Below are positions 48,346 to 59,722 of a stretch of 64,000 bases of DNA, piece by piece. Within the stretch, counting starts at the first letter, position 1. Each line of letters begins with the position of its first letter. The stretch lies in assembly GCA_965219925.1 (NCBI GenBank), contig OZ244795.1, forward strand, positions 1,543,395-1,607,394, read 5' to 3'. Both the position numbers and the translations under genes were made by a program. Below the pieces are notes generated by a model. The model worked only from the letters and a program-made list of their open reading frames with translations, did no database searches and had not been told where the DNA came from. The stretch comes from Dehalococcoidia bacterium (lineage in GTDB: Bacteria; Chloroflexota; Dehalococcoidia; Lucifugimonadales; UBA3495).

Positions 48346-49463
48346 ATGGCTGCCATCAAGTATAAAGTCAAGCTGACCGAGGCCGAACGCTCCCGTCTCA
48401 ATGAGGTGTCCCAGCGAGGCAAGGCGTCAGCGCGCACCGTGAAGCGGGTGCTGTCGCTGCTCAAGGCTGACCAGGGACTGCGGAACCGTGAGATAGCCGA
48501 TGTGCTGTTGGTCAACGCGGCCACGGTCGCCAGAGCGCGGAAGCGGTACGCGGAGGAAGGACTTGCGGCCGCCATCAATGACCGACCGCGGCCGGGCCAG
48601 GAGCGGAAGCTGGACGGCAAGCAGGAAGCGCACCTGATCGCCATTGCGTGCAGCGCCGCGCCCGAAGGGCACACGCACTGGACACTCCAGTTGTTGGCCG
48701 ACCAGGTGGTGGAGTTGGAGTTTGCCGATAGCATCTCCCTGGAGACGGTGCGCCAGCTGCTCAAAAAAACGAACGCAAGCCGTGGAAGAAGCAGGAGTGG
48801 TGCATCCCCAAGGTGAGCGGGGAATTCGTGGCGCGGATGGAGGACGTGCTGGACCTGTACCAACAGGAGTGCAATCCGGAGCGTCCGGTAGTGTGTTTTG
48901 ACGAGACCTCCCGGCAATTGACTGGGGAGGTGCGTCCGCCCCTGGCGGCTGCCCCCGGACGGGTGGCACGCTATGACACCGAGTACCAGCGTAACGGGAC
49001 CCGGAACCGGTTCATGATCTGTGAACCGAAGGGTGGGTGGAGGCATGTCGAGGTAACTGGGCGCCGCACTGCCGTGGACTTCGCGCACCAGATGCGGTGG
49101 CTGGTGGACGAGGCCTATCCTGACGCCACAGTGATCCGGCTGGTCCTGGACAATCTCAACACCCACCAGCTCGGCGCGCTCTACGAAGCGTTTGCACCGT
49201 CCGAGGCGCGTCGCATAGCCAAACGCCTGGAGCTTCACCACACACCCAATCACGGAAGCTGGTTGAACATAGCTGAAATCGAGTTGAGCGTCTTCAGCAG
49301 ACAGTGTCTGAACCGCCGGGTCGGCGATGCAGCGTTGCTGAGACGGGAGGTCGCGGCGCTCGAACGCGAGCGCAACGAGGCCGCCGCCATCATAGACTGG
49401 CAGTTCTCCACCCAGAACGCTCGCAGTAAGCTCAAACATGTATATCCAATAGAATTAAATTGA
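48346..49463 (+). CDS. IS630 transposase (orfA/orfB joined by -1 frameshift)
   Basis: orfA has an HTH region. A -1 shift gives LLKK-NERKPWKKQEWCIPK. orfB has the DDE region (CFDETS...LDNLNTH...TPNHGSWLNIAE). Confidence 0.8.
48763..48769 (+). promoter_or_regulatory. A7 slippery run for programmed -1 frameshift (IS630 copy 1)
   Basis: CTC AAA AAA ACG. The -1 frame continues as the conserved N-E-R-K-P-W. Confidence 0.6.
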
Positions 49464-49473
49464 AACGGTACTC

Positions 49474-50707
49474 GTAGTCCATCAGTTTTGACTTGATGGG
49501 AAAGAGACTTCAGCTTGATACGGGCATCCTCAGTTGTGAAGCGCCAGTCCACCCGAAAGCCCTGCCGATTCCGCCGGTGTTCCCATGCCCCGGTTTCCTG
49601 CTCCGGGATTTCCTGACTGGGGGTCCGGCGGTCCAGGCATTGCCGGTCCAGAACCCCGATTTCAATCTCGGCCATGTTCAGCCAACTGCCATGCTTGGGC
49701 GTGTAGTGAATCTCCTCCAGACGTTCGGCGATGCGCCGGGCCTCTGCCGGCTCGAACGCCTCGTACAGCGAGGCCGGATGATGCGTGTTCAAGTTGTCCA
49801 TCACCAGCACGATACGCTCCCGGTCGGGATAGTCCTGGTCCACCAGTCGCTTGACCACCCGGGCCCAATCGGCTCTGGTGCGTCGGTCCGTCACCTCCAC
49901 CCGTCGCCACCCCTCCAACGGAGCGAACAGCATGAACAGGTTGCTCACCCCGTTGCGCTGGTATTCGTAATCGTAGGCCATGACTGAACCAGGCCGCGGC
50001 GGACGGGATTGCCGAGTCTCCCCAACCAGTTGCTTCCTGGTCTCGTCCAGGCACACCAGAACTTCCTTGTCTTCATAGCTGCGGTGATAGACCTCCAGCA
50101 CGTCTTCCATGGCGCACACAAAATCGGAGCTACCCTGAGGCGGCAGACACCAGCACTCTTTCAGCCAGGGTTTCAGTTGGTTTTTTCAACGTCCGGCGCA
50201 CCGTCTCGGGGCTGATACGGTCCACTATCGCACACTCCACCAGTCGGTCCGCCAACAACTTCAGTGTCCAACCGATTCGGCCCTCCGGCGGCTCCCCGCA
50301 GGCCAGGCAATCAAGTGGGCTTCCCCTTGACCGTCCAGTCGCTTCGGACGCCGCTTAAGTTGCCGCTTTCGTCCCAACGCTGCCGCAACTCCTTCCTCGA
50401 CACAGCGGCGGCGCACCCGTTCCACCGTCGCACTGCCGATCTGCAGAGACCGGGCAATCCCCTCATCCTTCATAGGTCCGTCCGCCTGAGCCTCATCACT
50501 CAGCAACAAGATGCGGGCATGGGTCTGCTTATATGCCGCCGCCCGGCCCCGGGACACCAGCGCCTTCAGTTCCTGTCGCTCTTCCGCGGTCAGCTTCACC
50601 CGGTATTTCTTGGCTGACATCTCCCTCCTCCCACTCCCAATCTGCTTTGTCCTATCCTTGGCAGATTACACCCAGTCAATCCTCATTTCGAAACTGTTCG
50701 ACTACTA
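49474..50707 (-). mobile_element. IS630-family element, copy 2 (degenerate)
   Basis: Related to copy 3, but has only six A in the slippery run (50181-50186), a frame change in orfA after EAHLIA, and a lost stop. Confidence 0.75.
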
Positions 50708-50856
50708 AACTAAAGCCAAGGTGAAATGCGCAGATGGTGGGGGTCAAACGACGGAGCCGGGTCGTTCTCCGAGTACGGATGAGAGGGATTCACGGACTTA
50801 ACCCAGCTGATCATCATCGCCACTTAAATGTACATCCCACCTTGGCTTTAGTTTAG
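50705..50856. mobile_element. MITE (family D), copy 1, sandwiched between IS630 copies 2 and 3
   Basis: Inverted repeats CTAAACTAAAGCCAAGGTG / CACCTTGGCTTTAGTTTAG. A second copy is at 55104-55255. Confidence 0.7.
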
Positions 50857-50863
50857 TAGTCCA

Positions 50864-51999
<1,136 letters not shown>

Positions 52000-52085
52000 A
52001 ACCTCCCTCACCACTTCCCCATTTGTTCCTGTTTCTACTTGACCCTCACATCCTACCATCCATCAATTCATTGGTGGTAGACCAC

Positions 52086-52264
52086 TAGGGTGTGTTGACG
52101 AATACCGTCATTCCCGCGAAAGAACGTCACCCCGTATTTGATACGGGGCGGGAATCCAGTGGCCGAAGTCGTTAATAACGGTTCTGATTCTTTCATCATA
52201 CCCTCTCTGGACTCCTGCTTTCGCAGGAGTGACGGGTTGGTTTGCTAATTGTCAACAGGCTCTA
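52086..52264. mobile_element. MITE (family B), copy 2, carrying a nested 26-nt hairpin insertion
   Basis: Collinear with 59247-59425, except that the small hairpin block sits in the opposite arm. Confidence 0.8.
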
Positions 52265-52377
52265 GACACTCCCTCGTCCTGAGCTTGTCGAAGGACGGTC
52301 GCCGATGGTTCGACAACTCACCATGAACGAAGGTATCTCACCATGAACGGAGGCAGGAGGACTTTGAAAAGGCCCTG
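52265..52377. repeat. truncated repeat element ending ...GAAAAGGCCCTG
   Basis: CCTCGTCCTGAGCTTGTCGAAGGAC and TTCGACAACTCACCATGAACG blocks. The terminus resembles the CAGGGCC-type MITE end. A related fragment is at 57094-57175. Confidence 0.45.
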
Positions 52378-52388
52378 ACGGGCCGCTT

Positions 52389-53129
52389 TCAATCGATGAG
52401 ATCCTGGAGGCGGTTGCGAAGCACGACTTTCACGACGGCCAGCACGATCACGGCCCCGCCAAACAGGAAAACGATGGGCCACTCCAGGCTCTGCAGCGCG
52501 AACCCCAGCGCGGTGGCAGCGGCGGGAGGGTGCTCCGTGTCGGTGGCGGCCATTAGCAGGATTACCAGGCCGAGAACACCGGCGGCGACACCGTTGGCCA
52601 ACCAGTGGGATAGCTCGGCATTAGCGGGGAACCATCCGGATTGAAACAGAAGCAACGATGCGGCCGCTCCGATGAGCGACCCCATGAAGTGGCCTCCGAC
52701 GAGGTTGCGCAGACTGGCGCTGCGCGAAGTGGGGTGCAGGAACACGATGACCACGCTGGACCCCAAACCGGCCGCCAAGACAGCGTCGGCCACCGAATCG
52801 ACCAATAGCAGAACGGCCAGGATGGCGACGACCGCAAGGGAGGATTGCCACAGGTAACCCTTCTGCATCCGAAAGAACCGAACGTCGTACAACAAGATGT
52901 ACGGAGGGAGTCGGAGCCGTTTGCTGGTGCGGCGCGGCAAAACCTGGAGTTCGCCGCGGGCAAACAATCGGGAGTGGTAGCGGCCCCGCTCATCGCGGAC
53001 GTGGCGATGGAAAAGGCGCGTCAGAAGGCCGGGCGGTTGAACCGTTGTATCATCGCCAGCGGCACCGGTAGTTAGATGCCGGGGTTCCGCGGGCGCTGAG
53101 CGGTTTTCGTCGGTAGAATAGTCCACCAT
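52389..53129 (-). CDS. HPP family membrane protein
   Basis: TDTEHPPAAATALG motif and several TM segments. The true start may be internal. Confidence 0.7.
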   Translation of the reverse strand: MVDYSTDENRSAPAEPRHLTTGAAGDDTTVQPPGLLTRLFHRHVRDERGRYHSRLFARGELQVLPRRTSKRLRLPPYILLYDVRFFRMQKGYLWQSSLAVVAILAVLLLVDSVADAVLAAGLGSSVVIVFLHPTSRSASLRNLVGGHFMGSLIGAAASLLLFQSGWFPANAELSHWLANGVAAGVLGLVILLMAATDTEHPPAAATALGFALQSLEWPIVFLFGGAVIVLAVVKVVLRNRLQDLID

Positions 53130-53175
53130 GACGAAGGGCTACCCCCAGGTATAAAACTGCGGAGAGGAGCTGGTA

Positions 53176-53991
53176 TCAGGCTGGGCGGCCGGAACCGTTA
53201 TCCAGACTGCGGGCGAAATCAAGCCAAACACGGGCGCAGGGAACCGGCAGGACGTGCTGCACGAAACCTGAGACGCCGGGAAACACAACGGAACGTCCGT
53301 TGGGGAACACGTCGGAGGCGCCGCGGAAATCACCCAACACTTCTTCACGCAAGGCGGCGGCGGCGATGATCAAGGTTGGGGTCTGAACATCCTTGAGAAG
53401 CGGGCGCAGATCGCCGGCCGCCTGAGCCTGGAAGCCGGCTACGACATGGGGTGTAGTGGCCTTCATCTGCTCGGCGTACCAGCGGGTGTAGTGGGGGTCG
53501 ACTATCTGCGGGTCGAGACGACGACCGATGCTGCTTTCGACCCACGCGCCGATGCCTTCGTTTTCGATCTGGACGGCGGATTCGGCGTGGTGGGCGTCGT
53601 TGAAGCTGGTGGGAGAAGTGCAGGCGGTGAGGGAGAGCAACCGCTCCTGGTGCATGGTGGCGTAACGCATGGAAATGCTGCCGCCGACGGTTTCGCCGAT
53701 AAGGTGGAACTTATCCAGGCCCAGCTTGTCGACAAACTCGGCGAGGTCTTTGGCGAAATTGTCCACCGAAAAGGGAAAGCCGGGGTCGGGGACGTCGGAC
53801 TGACCCATGCCGCGCATGTCGAAACGGATCACGCGGTAGTTTCGCGCGATGATGGGGACCCAGCCGAACCAGAGCTTATGGTTTTTGGCCATGCCGTGGT
53901 GCATTACCACGGTTTGAGGCTCGGTCCACGGGTCGGTAAAGTCGTCTATGGTGTAGAACAGCTCACAGCCGTCATCGAGTCGAAGCTTCAT
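53176..53991 (-). CDS. alpha/beta hydrolase fold protein (enol-lactonase-like) with atypical nucleophile elbow
   Basis: HHGMAKNHKLW...RFDMRGMGQSD. The elbow reads HLIGETVGGS (Thr where Ser is expected). Confidence 0.7.
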   Translation of the reverse strand: MKLRLDDGCELFYTIDDFTDPWTEPQTVVMHHGMAKNHKLWFGWVPIIARNYRVIRFDMRGMGQSDVPDPGFPFSVDNFAKDLAEFVDKLGLDKFHLIGETVGGSISMRYATMHQERLLSLTACTSPTSFNDAHHAESAVQIENEGIGAWVESSIGRRLDPQIVDPHYTRWYAEQMKATTPHVVAGFQAQAAGDLRPLLKDVQTPTLIIAAAALREEVLGDFRGASDVFPNGRSVVFPGVSGFVQHVLPVPCARVWLDFARSLDNGSGRPA

Positions 53992-54096
53992 TGGGTTTCC
54001 GCCGACCTCCTTACTGCCGATTGTTTCAACCGACTATTGAATATTCACCAAACTGCCGGGCTGGCGACGGGCGAACCCGGCGCAGAGGCCCGTGGG

Positions 54097-54891
54097 TCAG
54101 GAGATTCCGAGTTCGATAAAGACCGACCTGGCGATGCGCATGGCGGTGCGTGTGTTGACATAACCGCCGTACATGGACAGGTGAATGAACACTTCCATGA
54201 CTTCGACCGGGCTGAGACCGATGCCGAGGGCGCCACGAATCCTGCGTCGCATCTGGGCGTCGTAAACGCCCATGATGGTGAGTGAAGCCAGGGAGATGAT
54301 GGCGCGGGACTTGTCATCGAGGGGGGAGCGGCTGTGAATCGCGCCCCAATGGTATTCGTCGACGATGCGCTCCAGGTCGGCCTCGGGGGAAGTGTCGTCG
54401 TAGCCGGAGGAGGGGGTGTCGCCCATGTGACGGCGGTGCATTTCCTGTCCCAGGGCGTGCAACTCGTCGGAGTGGCGGTTGGTGTCGTATTCGCTGACCG
54501 GTTGAAACACGATGCCGCGATCCTCGAAGATTTCTTTGGTAAGGCGGAGGGCGGTTTCAACGGCAGGGACACCAACGTAAAAGGTGGACTGGATGAATAT
54601 TTCGACCACCTGTTGGGGGGTAATACCGACGTTGAGGGAACGCTCAACGTGGCGGCGCAGGAGGTTGAGTTCCCCCTGGGCCATGAGGGCGGCAACGGTG
54701 GCAACGCAACGGTAAGAGAGCTCCAGACCGGGGCGTGTCCAGATCATCCCGAAGAGGGCTTCGTCAATGATGCGTTTTAGGTCGGGGGCCAACTGGTCAA
54801 CGCCCGGCAACGCATAGTGTGTATTGTCCCCGCCAGACATGATTCCGCGCATATTTTGTCCGGCCAGAAAGCGGTCATTGAGGGTGGTCAA
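54097..54891 (-). CDS. carboxymuconolactone decarboxylase (CMD/AhpD-like) family protein, two domains
   Basis: Two CMD-like halves (LFGMIWTRPGLELSYRCVATVAAL... and WGAIHSRSPLDDKSRAIISLASL...). Confidence 0.7.
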   Translation of the reverse strand: MTTLNDRFLAGQNMRGIMSGGDNTHYALPGVDQLAPDLKRIIDEALFGMIWTRPGLELSYRCVATVAALMAQGELNLLRRHVERSLNVGITPQQVVEIFIQSTFYVGVPAVETALRLTKEIFEDRGIVFQPVSEYDTNRHSDELHALGQEMHRRHMGDTPSSGYDDTSPEADLERIVDEYHWGAIHSRSPLDDKSRAIISLASLTIMGVYDAQMRRRIRGALGIGLSPVEVMEVFIHLSMYGGYVNTRTAMRIARSVFIELGIS

Positions 54892-55103
54892 GGCAGTGTT
54901 CCTCCTACCAGGTTATTAAATGCGGCGTTACGCGCTAAGGCGTGGACCCGGACTGTAGGGCGTTGAGATTATAGCACAGGCTTGGCGACATCTCAGTTTG
55001 CCAATTGGCAGTGGCCTGACGGTTGTCGGGCCGGTGCCCAGAGGGCCGGATCGCTCCGTTAGTCCACCGTCGGTTGGGTGAGGCAATGATCATCTGATGC
55101 CGC

Positions 55104-55255
55104 CTAAACCTAAACCAAGGTGAAATGCGCAGATAGTGTAAGTCAAGCAGCGGTGCCGGATCATCCTCCAAGTACTGATGAGAGGGCTTTACCGGCGCAA
55201 CCGAGCCAATCTTCATCGCCCCTCGAATGTACATCCCACCTTGGCTTTAGTTTAG
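55104..55255. mobile_element. MITE (family D), copy 2
   Basis: Same termini and length as 50705-50856. The interior has diverged. Confidence 0.65.
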
Positions 55256-55318
55256 TCTCCCGATTTCCTCACTGTTTCCTGCGGCAACGCTGTGGGCGCG
55301 TCCGATGGGACGTGGGTT

Positions 55319-57033
55319 GACTTAGCCCGAATCCACCGAGGGGATGCGGCCGTGCCGGTTAGACCAGGGATGAGAAGCCCAGGAATGAGACTACAAGATT
55401 TTGATCCCGATAGATTTGGTCGGGTGAGGGGTGAGCCAGCGACAGGAAGGTGATTTCTGACGGCCCGGTGCTGGTAGTGGGGGAGATCGGCAGTCAGCTT
55501 GCAGCAGGAGACACTCAGGGACCGACTTGGCGCAAATCCACCAGGCGGGTTGGGTAGTGCGGCGGACGGGTCGTACGCCGTCAGGAAGGGAGTGGCAGGG
55601 CGCGCAATCGCTCCAGGGCGGAGCTGAACTGGTTTCTCCAGGGCCAGCCCTGGGGGAGGTGCAGGGGTGAGACGCCGCGTCTTGCGGGTGATGCGTCCGG
55701 CCAGGGAGAAGAAGCGTCGCCGAAGGGTCTTGGTGGTAACCACTGCCTCGCCGAGACCGATACGTGCGGTCCAACGTGCCAGGTTGTGGGCCATCACCTG
55801 TACGGCCAGCCAGGCACCGTTGGCTGGAAAGCGTCCCGAAGGGAGATGATTGAGCCCCACGCCGTACTTCAGGTCGCGGATGGCGTTCTCGATCTCGGCG
55901 TGGCGGCGATGGTCGGCCTCCAGGTCCGGGGTGTCCTCCTCTCGGTCGGTGATGAAAGCGTGATAGCTGTAACTGGTAAACAGGGCAAGTTGGGACCCGG
56001 GCGTGGGCTTGACCCGGCGGACGATCAGACGCACCGGCACGGCGTCGGGCTCACTGCCGAATGGTGTGTATTCAGTCTCCGCCACGTCGGCGGCGCCTTC
56101 CATCCAGTACGGGATGGGCGTCCAATCTGTCTCGGGTATCGCCTCGATGATGTTGCGCACGCTCTGGTGTTGTCGGACGGTGATGGAGAAGCGGACACTC
56201 TTATCGCGACAAGCGGCGACAATGGCGTGGCTGTGAAGCCGCTGTCGGCCCGCACGGTGAGTTGTCCGGTGGCTCCGGCGTAGCGCACCCGTCCCACCGC
56301 CTCGCGCAGGAAGTGGGCGGCGCCCCGAGCCGTGTTGGCTCTACCTTTGCGCAGCCGTGCCATCAGCACGTCCCCAGTGCCAGCGGCGACGGCGAGGAGC
56401 GGGTGATAGCCACGCTGGCCGGCGTAGTTGTGGCGCTGCGCGCCCTCCTTGGCCAGCCCATATGTCTCGCAGACGGTGGAGTCCAGGTCGATGGTCAACG
56501 GATCATCGCCCGGCCCGGCACCAGCCGCCCAGGCTCGGGCCAGCAGCTCCCGGCTCACCCGATCCAACTGACGCACGTGGCCCCAGCGGAAACTGCGCAA
56601 GAAGGTTCCCAAGGTGGACGGTGCCTTGACCGTGCCTCCCAGCACCTGCTCGGTCCTGCCAGCGCGTAGCGCGTCGGCGTCGTCAATGCAGTCGCCTCCG
56701 GCCAGCGCCGACGCCACCAACGTCAGCATCTTGTCGCCGGCATTCGCCCGACCCGGCGCATCCCCCAGGTCAACGTCGTGGTCCACCAGTTCAGCCAGTC
56801 CCAGACGCCCAGCCAGGGTGACCGGAAGGATCAGCCCAGCGTTGGCCACCAGGCGGTGGTCGTCGAAGGCGATTTGGATGCGATCGGGGTCGTTGCGTGG
56901 TAGCATCCGTTGGGTGCTCCTCGTTTCGGGCTGGTTTCATGTGTCAGAAACCATTATCCCCGAAGCCGGGAGCACTTTCTCATCCCTTCATCATGCCAAC
57001 ACACTCATCCTTTCGGTGGATTGGGGCTTAGTC
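55319..57033 (-). mobile_element. IS1380-family element with frameshifted transposase
   Basis: Inverted repeats GACTTAGCCCGAATCCACCGAGGGG / GACTAAGCCCCAATCCACCGAAAGG. Transposase (55581-56906) reads LVANAGLILPVTLAGRLGL...DLDSTVCETYG...HRRHAEIENAIRDLKYGVGLNHLPSG, with at least two frame changes. Confidence 0.8.
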
Positions 57034-57093
57034 TGCCTCGTCGGTTGTGTTCAACCGGACATTACAAGGGCTTTTTCAAAGTTGTGGAAATTA

Positions 57094-57175
57094 AACATCC
57101 GCTCGTCCTGAGGCTGTCGGAGGACCTCCTATCATCGCGAGGAGCGTAGCGACGTGGCAATACCGTTGCGGCTGC
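57094..57175. repeat. chimeric MITE fragment
   Basis: CGCTCGTCCTGAGGCTGTCGGAGGAC, followed by one family-A arm TCATCGCGAGGAGCGTAGCGACGTGGCAATACC. Confidence 0.45.
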
Positions 57176-57423
57176 CGGGGCAATTATGACCGCTTACACT
57201 AATCCTCATAAGATATTATAGATATTGGAGGCATATCTAACAATAATTTTATATATATGTGCGTATAATGTGTGCCGATTTGCCAATCATGGGGAGATGC
57301 TTGCGTATCCCTTGATGTCTGTCGCCGGGGACAAAACCCGAAGCGCCCCCCGGAGTGCCGCCGCCGAAAAAGCGATCCGCATCACGCTGACCGTCATTGC
57401 AATACTGATCGAGGTCTGTCGCC

Positions 57424-58993
57424 ATGTTCACACCCTTCACTAACGCCCGCAACGTCCTCCGCCTGCCGGGGACTGCTTCCACCTCCTCCCTCCCCGCACA
57501 AGAGTCCTAATACTGCGCGCTGGCTGACTGGAAGCGGCTTCGCCTTGGCTATTTGCGCCCTCGCGCTGGGGGCGCTTCTCTTTGCTCAACCGGAAACGGC
57601 CCAGGCACAGACCGGCCCCACAAAACTCTGGGCGTCAACCATGACGGTCGGCAACAGTTTTCTGGGCATTGGATACAGAGCAAGTAGGGTATTGGTTATG
57701 GTTCCATATCCCCCGATGCACCGTTCAGGTTTTCGGGCTACACATCTGGCACAACGGCTTTTGTCGAAGAGGTACGTATTGCTAATACCTTACTGCTGTT
57801 TCTCTTCGGCCCCTCCTACTTGCCAGTTATAGCGGGGTGTTGTGTGTGGGCGAACGGTCATTTCCCTTTGACCAGAGCGACTACAATTCCCAAGCTACCG
57901 CCTCGCTTTCTCCAACCACGGCCTGAGTTGGGTTGACGGCCAGCGGGTGGAGCTGTCGCTGTGGGAGGTGCCGTCGAAGCAGGGCGACTGGGCCAGCCTC
58001 TGCCTCCCGCCACCACCACTAACGGTCAGCATCCAACCGGTGAAGGCGACCATACGGGAGGGCGAGGGCGTAGTGTACCTGCTCCGCGCCAACGGTATCC
58101 TCACGGAAGACCCTCAGGTTCCGGTGTCGGTCAGCACGGACGGCGACTTCGGGGCCGGATCAGGCGTCCGCCGGGTGGGTATACGGAGGGGCACCAATCG
58201 GACGTACCACCGTTCCAGACTACGGATGACGACACCGAGGAGGCGAACAGCTCCATCACGGCGGCGCTGCGCTCCGGGTTCGGGTACCAGATAGCGGCTG
58301 CGCCGGGGAACCAGGCCACGGTGCGGATTGTGGACAACGACCCCGGCCCGCTGAACCACGTACCCGACTATCCGCATCCGGGTGGCCGCGGCCGCCATCA
58401 CCGAGGGCCAGGACGCGGTGTTCGCGGTGACGGCGGACCCGGCGCCGCTGTCCGACCTGCCGGTGCACCTGTACGACAACGACGGCCCACCGAGTTCGCC
58501 GTCGGGTCTGCGGCTGGGTAGGCTGGAAGGCGAGTCGCGCCTGGCGGTGCGCTGGGACGAGGTTCCGGAGGCCACCGGCTACGAGGTCCGTTGGGGCGTT
58601 GCGGCGGAGTCGGCGCGGCAAACCGCGTGGGTGAGCGGGCCGGCGTTCACGACGCCGGAGCTGGCGCCGACGGCGGCGTACGCCTTCCAGGTCTCGGCCT
58701 GCGACGACGCTGGGTGCAGCGAGCGGTCGCCGGAGGTCCGGGGCTCGCCGGAACTGAGCTACCAGTGGCGGATCGCCGATGCGTCGCACAGCGAGCTGGC
58801 GGGGTTGGCTGGCTTCCTTGATGATGCCGGCCAGGCGCAGCCGCGCTTCACGGTGCCGGGCCGGCGCGACGTGCCGGACCGCAGCGCACTCGACGACGGC
58901 AATTGGATCGACTTCGAGCTGATGGTGACCGATGAGGAAGGCGGCTCCGACACCGACACGGTGACCGTAACCGAGTCCGGCGCCAACGGCTAG
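57424..58993 (+). pseudogene. secreted Calx-beta/FN3-like repeat protein gene, multiply frameshifted
   Basis: Signal-like segment FALAICALALGALLFAQPETAQA. Calx-beta-like TDDDTEEANSSITAAL...ATVRIVDND. FN3-like LAVRWDEVPEATGYEVRWG. At least five frame changes are needed to join the pieces. Confidence 0.55.
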
Positions 58994-59246
58994 GAGCAAA
59001 ATCGGGAAATGGCCCCTTGACGCAACGCCGCCGGCAGTCCTACCCAGGCTACCGGCGGCTTTATTACGTGAGGCCGGCTGGGACGGCGCTGCCTAACTGA
59101 TGAGGTTGCTGCTCGGGGCCGGTCTCGGGGCCGGATCTGACTACCGACTGAACCCAATCCCCATGTCATGCCCCGTCTTGGAAACCGTCCTGCCTACCGG
59201 CCTCGTCGCTACGATGGTCGTGGAGAGAGCGGAGTGAACAACGGCG

Positions 59247-59425
59247 TAGAGTGTGTTGACAAATACCGTCATTTCAGCGAATGCGGGAATCCAGTAGCCG
59301 AAGTCGTTAATCACGGTTCTGATTCTTTCATCATACCCTCTCTGGACTTCTGCCCCGTATCAAGTACGGGGAGACGTTCTTTCGCAGGAGTGACGGGCTG
59401 GTTTGCTAATTGCCAACAGGCTCTA
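59247..59425. mobile_element. MITE (family B), copy 3, nested hairpin in the other arm
   Basis: TAGAGTGTGTTGAC ... GCCAACAGGCTCTA. Collinear with copy 2. Confidence 0.8.
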
Positions 59426-59567
59426 ATACGGCGGGGTAGCAACGCGGCCCCGACCAATTCAGCGCCAGGCTGTCTGCTCTTTCCGGAGCCTTACGACAAT
59501 CGTCATCTAAATGGATCACCCCCGCTGCGGATAAAGCATACCCAGAGTAGCGAAATCTCCTCATCAC

Positions 59568-59722
59568 CAGGGCCTTTCGGTTTTACAAGAAATCCCCTCT
59601 CCCTTGATGGGAGAGGGTTAGGGTGAGGGTGAAGGTGTGAGATAGGGAACTATCCTGCGGCAGGCTATACCCCTCACCCCAGCCCTCTCCCACAAGGGGA
59701 GAGGGAGAATCGAAAGGCCCTG
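59568..59722. mobile_element. MITE (family C), copy 2 (inverted relative to copy 1)
   Basis: Reverse complement of 19960-20114, with one difference by eye. Confidence 0.85.

Larger units (their letters stand above)
48262..49472 (+). mobile_element. IS630-family element, copy 1
   Basis: TA-flanked end TAGTACCGTTGCC and its inverted counterpart GGTAC at 49468-49472. Two-ORF transposase. Confidence 0.8.

Noticed and set aside
50705-50856. MITE D copies (also at 55104-55255) as a small RNA or micro-protein gene, because the two copies keep similar translations (…PSH.Y.E.DPAP..D.H.LRISPW).
   Set aside because: The similarity is explained by about three-quarters nucleotide identity. One copy has in-frame stops. 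No compensatory base-pair changes are evident. The conserved parts are the terminal inverted repeats, as expected for a MITE.
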